DNA of 63,997 nucleotides, the filler included, from Atractiella rhizophila (taxonomy: Eukaryota), in NCBI GenBank assembly GCA_021432655.1. It is 20 parts of 20 records of this genome, joined end to end, with 100 filler letters (N's around TTAATTAATTAA, not from the genome) between each part and the next. Parts side by side here need not be neighbours in the genome. Positions count along the whole stretch, not along the records: positions 9,801 to 12,961 come from MU272571.1; positions 13,062 to 16,214 come from MU272572.1; positions 16,315 to 19,464 come from MU272573.1; positions 19,565 to 22,705 come from MU272574.1; 16 more parts are not named here. One strand, given 5' to 3'. The translations under genes were made by a program, and so were the position numbers. Below the pieces are notes generated by a model, which had not been told where the DNA came from, made no database searches, and was given only the letters and a program-made list of their open reading frames with translations. Of this stretch, positions 9,801 to 21,750 are shown piece by piece (positions within the stretch are counted from its first letter, which is position 1; each line of letters opens with the position of its first letter).

Positions 9801-12150
9801 TCAGGATTAACGTTACCTGGAGAGAGGAACATGTAGATGAGGAGTTGGAGAAGAGATGGGGGCGAGATGGGCTGAGTAGACCAGTCGGTGGCCCACTTGT
9901 AGATGATGAGGACAACAAGATATCTTTAACCAATGTCATCAAAAGCGTTCATGCTGAGTAGAGGTAGAGAAAGCATACCCAAATATGCTCTGCATGAACA
10001 AGAACTGGGGCAACCACTCAGCCCAAATTCCCCAGGAATGTTTGAAGTGGATAAAGTTGGGGATCTGGAGGCAAATGGCGAAAGACATGTGAACAACACC
10101 GAAGATGATGGACATTTTCATCTTGAGCGAGTTGGCGAAGAGCAAATAGTTGTCTGCTCCATGCCACAGATGGTCCATTCCGAAAGGGTAGGTATAACCA
10201 GGAACCTTGATCGCTTCCACTGGTCCCTCGCCGTGGTGCTCAGGCCAGACCCACTGGGATTCGGAGAAGGGAAGGGTGAGAGAGAAGATATCGTTGTAAA
10301 GCAGACCCGTCCAGATGGAGAAGAGCTAAGGCATCCAGTTAAACTCAGCCGGCTGTGGACTTGAGGGAGAGCATCATACTTACACCCATGAGGATAATGA
10401 TATACCTTCCGTAGAAGGGCTGGTCCAACAATTCATTACCGAATCCACGAGGGAACCTCTTCTCAACCAGAATCATAGCAGCGGCAGCAAGGAACATGAG
10501 GAAACCGTGTCCGATATCACCAAACATGACAGCGAAGAGGAAGGGGAAGGTGATAACCGTGAAGAGACCCGGATTGATTTCGCCGTAGGTCGCCATCCCG
10601 TAGGCATCGATCAAAGCCTATTCCTCCCCCCTGAGCATTCCAATTTCTCCAAAGGAAGGCAGAACAAACCTGATACCCCTCTGTAAACTTGTTCGTCCGA
10701 TGATATGTCGGCGGCTCCTTCGCGTAGGGAATCTCATGCAAAATGGGCTGGACGCCAGTCCCAGTTCCCTCTGTGGCTCTCCTCAACGCTTCCTTGACGA
10801 GTGGGAGGTCTCGCTTTGGAACCCAACCCTCAGCGCGCATCATCCGTCTCCCCTCGTCCTTCTTCCACAAATTCAGGGTCGCAAAGATCAACTTCTCCTT
10901 CTTCACGGCCGCCCACCAAGCCGAGATCTGCTCTGAAATCTTGACCAATTCGACACGGCGAGTTTGGTCGGTTTGGTACAAGACGGTGGAGAGATCTTCG
11001 ATGCGTGAGGTGATTTCGACGAGCTTTCCCTGTCGTTTGGAGGCGCTCGAGTCGATGGGATAGAGCGTGGCACCTAGAGCAGAAGAGATCTTTCGAATCT
11101 TGGCGACGAGTTCGGAGCCGTGTGCAAAGATGATGAAGACGTTTTTCTTGACCACTTTTTCATCATCACCCTTGCTTGCGGCCGGGTCGTCAATGTTGGA
11201 ATCGATCTATCCACTATAAGGCTCGACTTCCTATAAAGAAATAACGAAAAGCTGACCTCCGTCCAGTTCATGTAGAGATTCCCGCGGAGGACTCTCCACA
11301 GTACTCGCTCAAACGTTTCCATCCTTTCCCTGTCGATGGTTCCGGCAACAAATCTTGAAAACAGTTCTATCAACCTCTTCCGCCGGGAAAGCAGAAATAA
11401 ATACACACTCGATGTCCATCCCTCCTAATTCTCCGCCTCGTTCTTCATCACTCCCACCGCCCAACAATCTTTCCCTCTCTCCCTCCCCTCTTTCATCTTC
11501 GAAAGAAGATCTCATTTCCTCTCTCCTCCCTTCCGCCTCTTTGAAGAAAACGCCTGTCTCCTTCAAAACTCCTCTAGCCTCCTCCAACTCCCTTCTCTTC
11601 TTCACGAGGGCATCATAGCTTTTCTCCATCTCTCCAATCCTCACCTCCAAATCAGAAAGCTTCCCAAATAGCTCGTTTGTCATGTGTTGAGTCGAAGGAT
11701 ACGAGGAATGGAGATAGGAAGTTTGGGAGAACGGTCGAATGGGGATGTTGAGCGCATGCAGTTGCGACGTGAGAAAGCGCAGACGACGCTCAGATTCGTC
11801 CAGCTTGCGGATGTCGGAGACATAGATTCGCTGGAAAGCATTGATATCTGGGTTGAGCTGCACAAACACACCTCAGTTCCGTGTCTAACACCAAACCCTC
11901 CGTTTCGTCGTGAATAAGAGGCTCACATCTTTGAATTGGATTTTATTTAGTTCTCCTAGCTCAGAGACCGTTGCGTGTGCAATCTCAGAGGGCACATAGA
12001 GCTGTATGTCACAAACCTCGTCAGTCACAAAGGTATGTGCCAGGCCAGGAGGCTGCGTACCTGCACTAGTGACATTTCCTCCGAACCTGAAAAGATCATT
12101 AGCGAAGGACATATTTCTGGGAGAGACCTACGGAGGAGTGTCTTTGACAT
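9801..12150 (-). CDS. VPH1: V-type ATPase V0 subunit a; 3' partial
   Basis: The spliced start gives MSKTLLRSEEMSLVQLYVPSEIAHATVSELGEL...LNPDINAFQR (exon 1 12150-12132, exon 2 12086-12061). Later motifs: FERVLWRVLRGNLYM, PPTYHRTNKFT, EINPGLFTVITFPFLFAVMFGDIGHG, YPFGMD..WH, NSLKMKMSIIFGV. Confidence 0.96.
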
Positions 12151-12866
12151 GGTGGAGAAGTAGTGATTAGGAACAGTAAAGGGGAAGTGATTGTGGATTG
12201 TGTGGAAGTGGAAGTAAGGGGCTCAAAGGACTACCTTAGGGGGACGACTTTGCCACTGGCCTGGGATGTAAGGTACAGGGAAATTATACAGGGTTCTCGT
12301 CAAGGAGTACTGAACTGGGTGGGCAAACCAATTCGTATCTCTCTTTCCTTCACTGCCGTCTCTCTCTAGACCAAAGCACCTTCGGATAATGTCTATAAAG
12401 AATTCTAAAGTCAAGAGATTGCAACGTGTTCATGAGCTCACCCGACGAAAGCAAGACAGACACAAAGAAGCTGGCGAATGGGTGTTGTTGCAAAGATGCA
12501 GTGACTGTTTCAACGATGGAAGATACAGTAAAATACGCTACCCAATTTTAACTTTTGACAGGTGACTTACTTCGTGAAGCGAGCTATGTTCATCACAACA
12601 TGACCAACAAACGCGCAACTGACCTCTTTAGTTTTAGACTCAGTGAACTTCAACCATTGAACCGCAATGGAAATGTACATCAGTTTCAAGCCCTTGGATC
12701 TCATCCGAGTTACTACCTGGCCGTTTTTTATTGCTTGAGTGGTCCCGCCAAAAGGAATATTTAAGCTGGATGATCCGCTTTATGCGTTTCGATAATGTTC
12801 AGAATATGCAGCTTACATCCTCCATCCTGCTGTGACAACACATCATTTAATTGAATTCTGTTGAAA

Positions 12867-12961
12867 CTGAGGTTCATCAGAGTGACAGGACGAAGAAAAG
12901 ATCAGCATTGCATGAACGTTGGTGAGGAGTCACCTACCTGAGGTTCATCAGAGTGACAGGA
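12867..12961. repeat. 24-bp direct repeat CTGAGGTTCATCAGAGTGACAGGA (12867-12890 and 12938-12961)
   Basis: Exact duplication with a period of 71 nt at the contig end. Confidence 0.9.
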
Positions 12962-13061
12962 NNNNNNNNNNNNNNNNNNNNNNNNNNNNNNNNNNNNNNN
13001 NNNNNTTAATTAATTAANNNNNNNNNNNNNNNNNNNNNNNNNNNNNNNNNNNNNNNNNNNN

Positions 13062-15149
13062 GCTATTGTCCAACAGAGGGTCATAAGTGCCATCGAGATC
13101 ATCGTCACCAATTTCGGCGATGAGGGCATGTTGAGCAAGTACAGCATGAATCCGAATTGCAGCGGCACAAATCGATGCCTTACGTGCATTCAGCAGATAG
13201 ACTGGGGCGATATACGACCTCTTCTCCTAATTCGGCATCAAAGGTTGTTTGAGGATTGTCCCAAGCGTCCCTGAATTGTAAGAATATACAGCTTTGCAAA
13301 TGAATACCGGACAGATTGCTCACAGTATCTGAGAGGCGACCCCTTCCAGCAGTTCCAATGCACTGGCGACATTTGAAGTGCCTAGGAAATTGAAAAAATA
13401 TTCCTGCTGTTGCAACTTGTTCGGTAGACCTAGGAGTTGCAGTCCATCACTTTGGATGGAAAATGATAGAAAGTACATTTACCAGCTAAGGTGGCGTAAA
13501 ACGACAAGTGTTTGTTCCACTTCTTAGAGCGGTTGCCGGAACTATCATCTGCATAGAGAATGACGGGCACCGTCACAACTCGCTTCCCTTGATGTGCTGC
13601 TCTGAGCGTCGAGATTGGGATCAAGGCCTCTACTTGTTGTAACCCATGTGCCTCTGTGATCACACCTAGAAACAGCCGGTGTATTAGACACAAACATAGG
13701 AACCAAAGGTGCCGTACCTTTAATACAATATCTTTCTCTGAGGTGTTCCTGGGTGCTCAGACCATTGTAGAGCAGTTTCTTTAACGGAATATCGAGAATT
13801 TTTCTGCAGTCAACAATGAATCCATTGATTTCTCTATCAAAGAGGACTTCATGACCACGGCCAACTATTTCACTGTTCTGCAAGATCCAACGAGATACAA
13901 TGAAGTATCGGCTGCCCTCAAGTTCTGTAACTTCGTCGGTAAAGAAGAGAGAAGACCGGTATTGAACACAAGGTGTAAGCAGATGCGGACTGAGCTCTTC
14001 AAGCCATTTCTCTGCCTGGTAAATCTCTTGAAGTTGATTTGGAGTGTTTTCCGGGAGAAAAGTGAGGTGCTGGCGGATCAATGGATTGGCGATTGCCTGT
14101 TTTATTTCATAAGCAATGATGTCAACATCAACAAATCAGCAATGGAACCAACCTCCGCAATCATTGCCGGTAGATCGTTCAAGTAGACTAGATTCCCACG
14201 ATGCCCTCGATATTCCTTTGTCTCAGCTCCTACGCCAACTGCCCTCATCTTCTCTGCAAATATCCTCATACTCTCCTTTGATGGTAGAGCTGCTTTTGGA
14301 GCATTCTCCATTCCCATTTCTGGGATCATTTTCCAGAGGACTGCTCAGAGAGGTTCCGAGATGTCGTTTCGCAAGAAGTTGAGCAGGATGTCACAATACA
14401 TGTGCTGAATACATCCGGTCACAATGACATTCATAAATAATGGACCTTACGTACCTGCTTGTTTGGGTAAGGAAAGTACTCCTCCGACTCCTCAATGGCT
14501 GCATGAGTTGTCGGAGCATTATTTCCTGCTGTAGGATGCTTGAGCTCTCACCGGAACTACAAATAACAGACATACCAAAAGAGATTGCCATCCATGCAGG
14601 CTCTGCCTCGAAATCAGCATCTTCGTCACTGCTCTGGCCGTCTAGATTGTCCATTTGGTAATTAAAAGCTTCATCCCCATTTGATTCCTCCATAATATGA
14701 CGTCCAAGTTCCCACTCCTCATTTGCAACTTGCTCTTGCAGATGAAGTCGTGTGAATCCCTCCACCAGGCCCTCATTGAAGTTGACGCCTAGTGCAGGAT
14801 CTAGTTCTCCCGCTACCCAATCCCAAGAATTGTCAATGAACTCCGATACAATCTCTCCAAGCTGAGTAACTTGAACAGCCGGCACATTGGAAGAGATATG
14901 GTATTTGATTGCTGAGGAATAGGAGTGGTTGTCGATGAAGTGATGGGAGCTTGACAAATTGACAGTGTGCAGGTACCGATTGCGGGCTCGAACATGCTTC
15001 TCACGCTGCTCATGAAGACGCCAGGCCGTCACTTTGGACGCTTGAAAATTAGGACAGAAGCGACATTGGAAGTTGCCATGCGGTAGCCATGTGAAATCCT
15101 GCATCTGTATTGGGCCGTATTCAAGAAGTGCTCGATCCAAAGCTTTCAA
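13062..15149 (-). mobile_element. Basidiomycete DDxSGNxSKxWNKH-type transposase gene (CACTA/Plavaka-like clade) with an N-terminal zinc finger; probably internally deleted, partial
   Basis: Exons encode CRFC..HEQREKH (Zn finger), GNLVYLNDLPAMIAE, HLTFLPE..EIYQAEKW..LLTPCV..FFTDE, VILYADDSSGNRSKKWNKHLSFYATLAG|LP..QQEYFFNFLGTSNVASALE. Introns are present. Confidence 0.75.
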
Positions 15150-16314
15150 ATAACCTTCTTATATATATCTTGAGAGGAAATAACAGTCACTTTCCACGGG
15201 ATAGTGGTCTCCTCGACCTTTTTGAGTTGATTACTCAATCTTGGGAAGCAAGAAGCGCGAAAATATGAGATATGCGAAACAAATCTGGATTGCATGTAAC
15301 TGTGGAGATGATGAAAACGAAACAAACTTGGAAACAGGCATCGTGAATCAGCATCCGTGAAGGCAAACATCTCAAGAACCTGGAATGCTCATCATTTCAC
15401 ACCACCCATCAAATGAACCGGATCTCATTCCGGTTCTCTGGACGACAGAATCTGACCAGGACATGTTTCAAGTCCGCCGAAGCAAATCCTGTTGATTGAT
15501 GCCGTTTGCAAAGTCACAATCTGCAGACTTGAGCAAATCAGGTCGAAGATGGAGTGACGAGGAAACTCACCGGAAAGCCTATTACGGACACACACCTCTG
15601 CTCCCCTTCCAACTTCCCATCTCCAGTGTAACAGCTTGTTTTGTTCAGTTAATGGATACTCAAAAGATCATCAAGACCAAGACTTCAACATTTCAAGATT
15701 GGCAACCAAAGTTGTCGAACCAGCTGAATCCTGACAAGTTTTCTCTTCTGCTGACGACGAAGTTTTCTGCAGTTTCTTCATTGCTCCCAGCATCCTGGCT
15801 GGACCTTCCTCGTGGCAATAAAAAGGACCAACATGTTCGTCTCTCCTCTCTCCAAAACTCTAACTAATCAAATTATTAGTCGATTATCATGAGCCACGAT
15901 GACGGGCTTGATTTTTCACAGGTGTTTGGTATGGAAGCCGCTTCACATTAATTCTATCTCTTTAGAACCTGACCTCAAACCTTGGAGGAATAGGAGGTCA
16001 TTTTGGCTTACATGGATCATCGTCAGACTCAGATATCCATGCCGTTGACAGATCACGAGCTCGCGATCATTCTGACTTTGATCTACGGCATCGACAACCA
16101 GTAGTGCAGAGCACTACAGGACCTCCCAGTCCAAACACTCGGAGTGGGCGTGAGCTATCTTTGGAAGAACTCAACAATGCCCTACTAAGGCTTATTGACA
16201 ACAACCGGTTTCTGNNNNNNNNNNNNNNNNNNNNNNNNNNNNNNNNNNNNNNNNNNNNTTAATTAATTAANNNNNNNNNNNNNNNNNNNNNNNNNNNNNN
16301 NNNNNNNNNNNNNN

Positions 16315-17388
16315 TGACCAGAAGGGGAGAGTGGAACGCCACTTGTGTGATTGGGGCATGGAGCTGCGATCTATGGAAGACAACGGTCGACCTAAGACTT
16401 GGCGCGGAAGGGTCAAGCTGAACGGAATACAACGTGAAGCTCCCTGTCGAATAGAAAGCACCAAGAAGAAGGGACCCATCGCTCTTGCTTCCGGCAGTAT
16501 CGACCTGCAGTGCCGTCATATCCTCTCCTTCCTTCCGTTGTTCCAATGGAATATATCCATAACACTCCAACCCTTTCCCGTTCCAAACCCCAATCCTCGA
16601 TGTTCCATCCTGTCCAGCAACGTGCTTCTTTGCTGCAGTGAAAATAATACCTCCTGAATGCTGCAGCAGGGTGTTCGGGCCGGTGGGGTAGGATGACAGG
16701 GACACCGAGGATGTCTTCGCTTTGAGAGCGCGCCAACGTATAGAAATCTTGTACAGCGTTTTCCAAGACCGGGAAGTCGACTTGCTGACGTTTGGAAGGA
16801 GGGAACGGCGCAGGACTGTAAGCGGGAAGTGTTGATGGTAAAGCCGTTTCCAAAGCTTGAACTGACAATCAGCTTGCGTTGAGCATGAAATAAGAATAAT
16901 TGCGCATAGACTTTTAATAGCCTTTGCGCTTCAACGAAGGGTTAGGTCGACACAAAGGAAGCGGCCATTGTTGGTCAAATCACACAACTGGTACAGGTTT
17001 ATATGTCATCGCGCTTGCCAATCAGTTGATAATTGCAATGTTGCTCAAGGCGTTTATGCTTCAGGAAACGTGGAAAGGACTATAGCATTCGGAGAGTGAC
17101 GTTGCTTCTTTCCACTCGGTATTGATGCCAAATTATGCCGCACAACGCGGCCACTTTGGATCAGCATCAATTAGGAGCAACTAACGGCGCTCTTATATAT
17201 CAAATCCGCCATGCTGCAATAATATCCCTCAATCCCTGAAGCTTTGAAGCACAACTCACCAGCCTATCTTCAGCCATCGCATTCCAAAATGTATTCAGCC
17301 TCCCAACCCGGACCAGATCATCAGCTTCCACATAGCTTAGTACCCTCAGAAGCAGCTCAGATGGCAAAGATTGCAACTCCTTCCCCAT
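16315..17388 (-). CDS. F-box protein with a beta-rich C-terminal region; 3' partial, middle exon structure unresolved
   Basis: ATG at 17388: MGKELQSLPSELLLRVLSYVEADDLVRVGRLNTFWNAMAEDRL (F-box), then a GTGAGT donor. Downstream reads LLGAFYSTGSFTLY...VAFHSPLLV. Confidence 0.7.
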
Positions 17389-18184
17389 TCCTCCTTCTAC
17401 CTTGCAAGACGCAGGTGCAAAGCAAGAAGTGGCAATTGTGGTGGATCTCTGAGCCCTCGGAGGGGCTTGCAACTGGTGAAGTGAAGTCCACAACGACGAA
17501 AGAAACTGAAGAAATCTTGGCTCTAATGCAGTATCAGCAGTATATGTGACAGTGATGGAAAGAAGGAATCAGGTGTGTTGTGCTAGGCGGTAGACATATA
17601 GGATACTGGATCTTTGAAGAGTTTCTTCAATTTTCATCACCGATGTGCTTCAAACATCATGAAAAGCTTGACAGGTTGATAGAAGTCGAACTGCTGCTGG
17701 TACTCGAAGTAAGCCAGGTCTCGGACCATGGTTCAGCTTGCTTCGATCCTGACAAGTAGCAGACATTGAAATCCTCGAAACCTTTCATAGTCCAAAGTGC
17801 AGGAAGTCGTCAGACCTCATTCTAGACTTGTTATTTTGGCTCCAGGTCGTCGAACATTTTCATCAATTGTCTGTTGCTTCGGGATGCTTTTTCTTGTTAT
17901 TATACAGTTAGTTATGCTTGTAATGTCGAGCTTCTGCCAGTGATCCAACTTGTCCGTACTGCGTGTAGACAACGTAGCCTGCCACAGGTATCCTTTTACA
18001 AAGAACTACAGTAGGTGTGCTCTTGATGCGGTGAAGAAACTTGTCTCTATTAAGCGAGAAAGCACATTGCTATCACACATGAAGCGATGTCTCTGGAAAA
18101 GTGTTGTGAACACTGTCTATGCCGGTTGTAATATACAGTTGTGTGACAGATCTACCGAGTCGCCTGCTCATTCTATGTCCCATT

Positions 18185-19395
18185 CTAAAGGTCCTCCTTT
18201 GTCACCAATCCCATTTCTTTCAACCTCTCAACAGCAATTAGAAAGGTCTGAGCTGTTTCTTCATGTAAGCCTCCTTTATAACTACGAGACAACGTGAAGG
18301 AAAACAAACCGGAAGGACCCATGACCTGGCCATTCCGAAGAAACTGTTTAAACTGCTCAAAGGTTACATTGTGAATGGGCTCGATCAGCTCCTATACGCA
18401 CTTTTCATATACGACGGTCAAAAAGACATGGAGAACGACTAACCTCGTCATCTTGAGGTAGGGGACTGGAAGATGGAAGTGGATCCTGAACCGCCATGAA
18501 ATTGGAGGAATAACATGCAAAAAATGATGGACGAACGATGACGAGATAGGGTATAAATCTATTCTGCGATGCGATCCTGGTGATCAATTGGTGACCAATA
18601 TGAGAGATGCGTGGACGAACGGTGGACCATTTCAGCTCCGGAAGCCATTCATCCTTCTCATCCACGAGAAGTATCCACGTGCCTCCTTCCAGCCTTACTC
18701 CGAGTGAGCGCATCGAATCAAACGCTAGACGATACTTCACCTCGCTTCTTCGTTAAGCTCGTTCCGCGCGCCGTGTTCTGCTGATGTGTGTTTCTTCCAG
18801 TCTACGGAACCGGATGGAAAGGAGATGTGGAATGTATTCGTTCCTTCATCGCGTCGACATGAAAAACTGGAACCTTTGAAAAGATAGAGAGCAATACCTT
18901 GAGCATACTCTCGTATCATGGTCACGGTTTTCTGCGTGCCGAATGAGCGACAACTGCCTGGGGAAGGAGACAAAGCTTACACTAGCACTGTGGAATGGGA
19001 AGACGACTGTTCCATTATTCAGTCCTTCTCTCGAAAGGGACAAAGGTAAACGTTCCCGTAAAATTCGGAGCTGGAGAACCATGGCCTTCACACCCATGAC
19101 ATCGTCATCAGCGAACCAAGGCGAAACAGTGCAAGATGCAAAGAAAAGGTGGCGTGATGACAAACCGACAACATCCCAATCGATGATCCGACCATCAGGA
19201 AATTGAACTTTGCGATCTTTTACCGATACATATCTAATGAGAGACGCCAAGGGAATGAATTTAGCTTTGCAGGTGTTGAAGAAAGAATACCTTTTGTATG
19301 CCTGTTTTGCTGTAGTCAAGCTAGACATTCGAGGGAGGAGGAAGTATGAAACTTGCTGTATTTTCGGAAACGATGGGAAATTGTAGGCTTTCCAT
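18185..19395 (-). CDS. Nudix hydrolase family protein
   Basis: Spliced reading MESLQFPIVSENT|AYKR|YVSVKDRKVQFPDGRIIDWDVVG...VVFPFHS..TVTMIREYAQG..FPSGSVDWKKHTSAEHGARNELNEEA (Nudix box)..LEGGTW..ELKWST|NRFIPYL..QDDE|ELIE...LKEMGLVTKEDL*, stop at 18185. Confidence 0.8.
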
Positions 19396-19564
19396 CCTGT
19401 GCCAATGAGCAATACCGTGCTGCCTGAGAGTTCCAAAGATCGCGAAAGATAGCGGTCACGTGATNNNNNNNNNNNNNNNNNNNNNNNNNNNNNNNNNNNN
19501 NNNNNNNNTTAATTAATTAANNNNNNNNNNNNNNNNNNNNNNNNNNNNNNNNNNNNNNNNNNNN

Positions 19565-20289
19565 TAGAAAAACAGACCCGTAAGGATATAAACCACAACA
19601 ATATGAGCCGCGATCCTCGTGTCATTATCCTTCGGAATGTTCCCCAACGTGAACTGATCCAATGCCTCTGCCGTCCCTCTCGCAGGGAACCCAATCGAGT
19701 CCACACACATGAGGATGGGCGTCGCGGTGAGGGAGAAGACGCCGAAGATGTGGATCATGAGTTTGAGGAAGCGGAGGAAGAGGTAGGCATCCAAACCGTT
19801 CGTGCGGATCACGTCTTCGGGTGGAGAGGCTAGGAGGGCGATTATCCATCTCCAGGGACCGGAGGGGAGGGGTATTGCTCGTTTGCTGGAAAGGAATGTG
19901 GGTTAGATGTTAATTTCGTGCGTTTGGAAGAAGAATTGTAGGTATCACACTTGTTGAGCACGAAACATGATATATACATGACCACATGACGGGAAATGGG
20001 TCAAGAAACGATGCAAGGAGTGCTTATACATAGAAAGAAGATGAAGAACAAAGAGAACAAGAACGCACTCAGGAGGAGGCAGATAGCTCCTAGGACTGTA
20101 AATCCTGCTCAAGCGATCCTTCAATAACACAAACACGATCACCTCGACCGCGAGTATTGCGCCATTGATGGCAAGCGCTGTGAGGAATGTTTCTGTGTCC
20201 CATGCAGTATTAATATGTAGTCGATAAGTGATTGAGCGAGAATACGCACCCGTGGTGGCATTCTTTGAGTCTTCGGAGGCTGCTGACAT
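19565..20289 (-). CDS. CSC1/OSCA/TMEM63 (DUF221, RSN1/PHM7-like) membrane channel; 3' partial
   Basis: FLTALAINGAILAVEVIVFVLLKDRLSRIYSPRSYLPP...IRTNGLDAYLFLRFLKLMIHIF...LDQFTLGNI...AAHIVVVY. Confidence 0.9.
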
Positions 20290-20627
20290 GTGCCGTGGGG
20301 TATACACTCAGTACAGGCTGAGCGGAGGAGGTATACTGATGCTGAGAGAGTGCTGAGTTGCTGAGTTGAGATGGGATGAGACGCTAAAGAGTGAAATAAT
20401 GAAAAGGAAAAGAACAACGTCACATTGTTCCAATCGTCTTGGCCGCATTTCTCAATCTCATTCTTTAGTATCTTACTACAGAGACTCACTTCTTCTTTTT
20501 CTTGATAAATATCGCTGGGATAGAAGAGAGAAGTAGAAAGATACCTACAATCCTGCTAGAACCCCAATTCAATCTCATTAGCAAAACACTGCTGCTGCAA
20601 AGCCCGCCGTGAGCAGCTAGGTTCAGG

Positions 20628-21750
20628 ATGACGCTCGGAGACACTACATTGCAGCCTTTCGACATATCTTTCGGTCTGAATCTGCTGTGTTCCCATTGGC
20701 GGTATTTCTCCCGAGAGATAACTCTGCAACATCAGGATGGTGTTTCACACACTGGCCAGAAGAGATGGCTGGACCCCTCACATCCCCAGTGTTGGACGTC
20801 TTCAATATAGAATGGCAAGACTTCCCCGTTATGGAGGAGGTAGCCGAGGCAAAGACACTCGATACCTGCGACTTATCGGAAGAACAAAAGGTGGCGTTAG
20901 CTGCTTCTGCCGTGGAATGGCTCGAAGATCAGCTTGCTGTCGTTCTTGACACTGTTTGTGGGACGAATTCCTCAGTTCCTGTATCACACCCATTCTTCGA
21001 GGATCATGAAACCCCAGGAATGTTTGCCCACTTCAACAAGCTTGCCAATACATCTGAAAGGTTCGGTCATGGCACTTGGTGTCATCGCTCGTTATTGAAA
21101 CGTTCTTCACTTATGTAGAGAACGACGAATTCCTCTCTATCAACGCCACTCTATAGCCCATCGTTCCTTAAGCATTTCTGTCTGGTTTGACTGTCGCTGT
21201 GGGCCCGAGTCTCAATGCAATGGGGATGCAACTTGCGAAACCCTTTGGCAGTGATAACATTTACTCACAACAAGCTTAGGTGGAGCTCCTGGAAGCATTG
21301 GTTACACGTTGGGGGAACATCTAAGGACGTAGGAAAAGTGAAGTTGTTGATGGTGTAGACTCTGAAGGTTTCGAAAACAAAATCATTGTCACGAGAGACC
21401 ATCAAATTAGAACAGAACTTAAGCCCAGGTTTCCACATATTTTGGGTCATCCTTGACAGCCGCCAACCAGAGTGCGAGAACGAATCCGGTTGACGAGAAC
21501 TATTTCCGGGCTGCTTCTCGAAACTCAGCAGCGACTCTGCCACCTAAGTAACAAGTGGAACGCACCCTCTCAACAAATCTATCTCCTTTTCGTCTGGCGA
21601 CAAGCCTCTTCAAAGCTCGAGGCGCGCTCTCGCTCCACACACAACATGCAGATTTAGATTCAAAGTTTCCTGCCTGCCCCAAAGAAACTGATCTAAAGAC
21701 TTTGATTTTTCCAATAGCCGCTCGAAGCTTGAAGTCCAGTTTATAAAAAC
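20628..21750 (+). pseudogene. Possible degenerate gene of unknown family
   Basis: A coding-like acidic segment (20687-21060) and an intron-like gap, then a frame interrupted by several stops. No recognisable motif. Confidence 0.25.

Noticed and set aside
9381..12150. Apparent P450nor-VPH1 adjacency and other cross-contig clusters
   Set aside because: The genes are separated by a linker and lie on unrelated contigs.
12061..12150. 19-nt and 26-nt first exons of VPH1
   Set aside because: Tiny 5' exons are ordinary in intron-rich basidiomycete genes.
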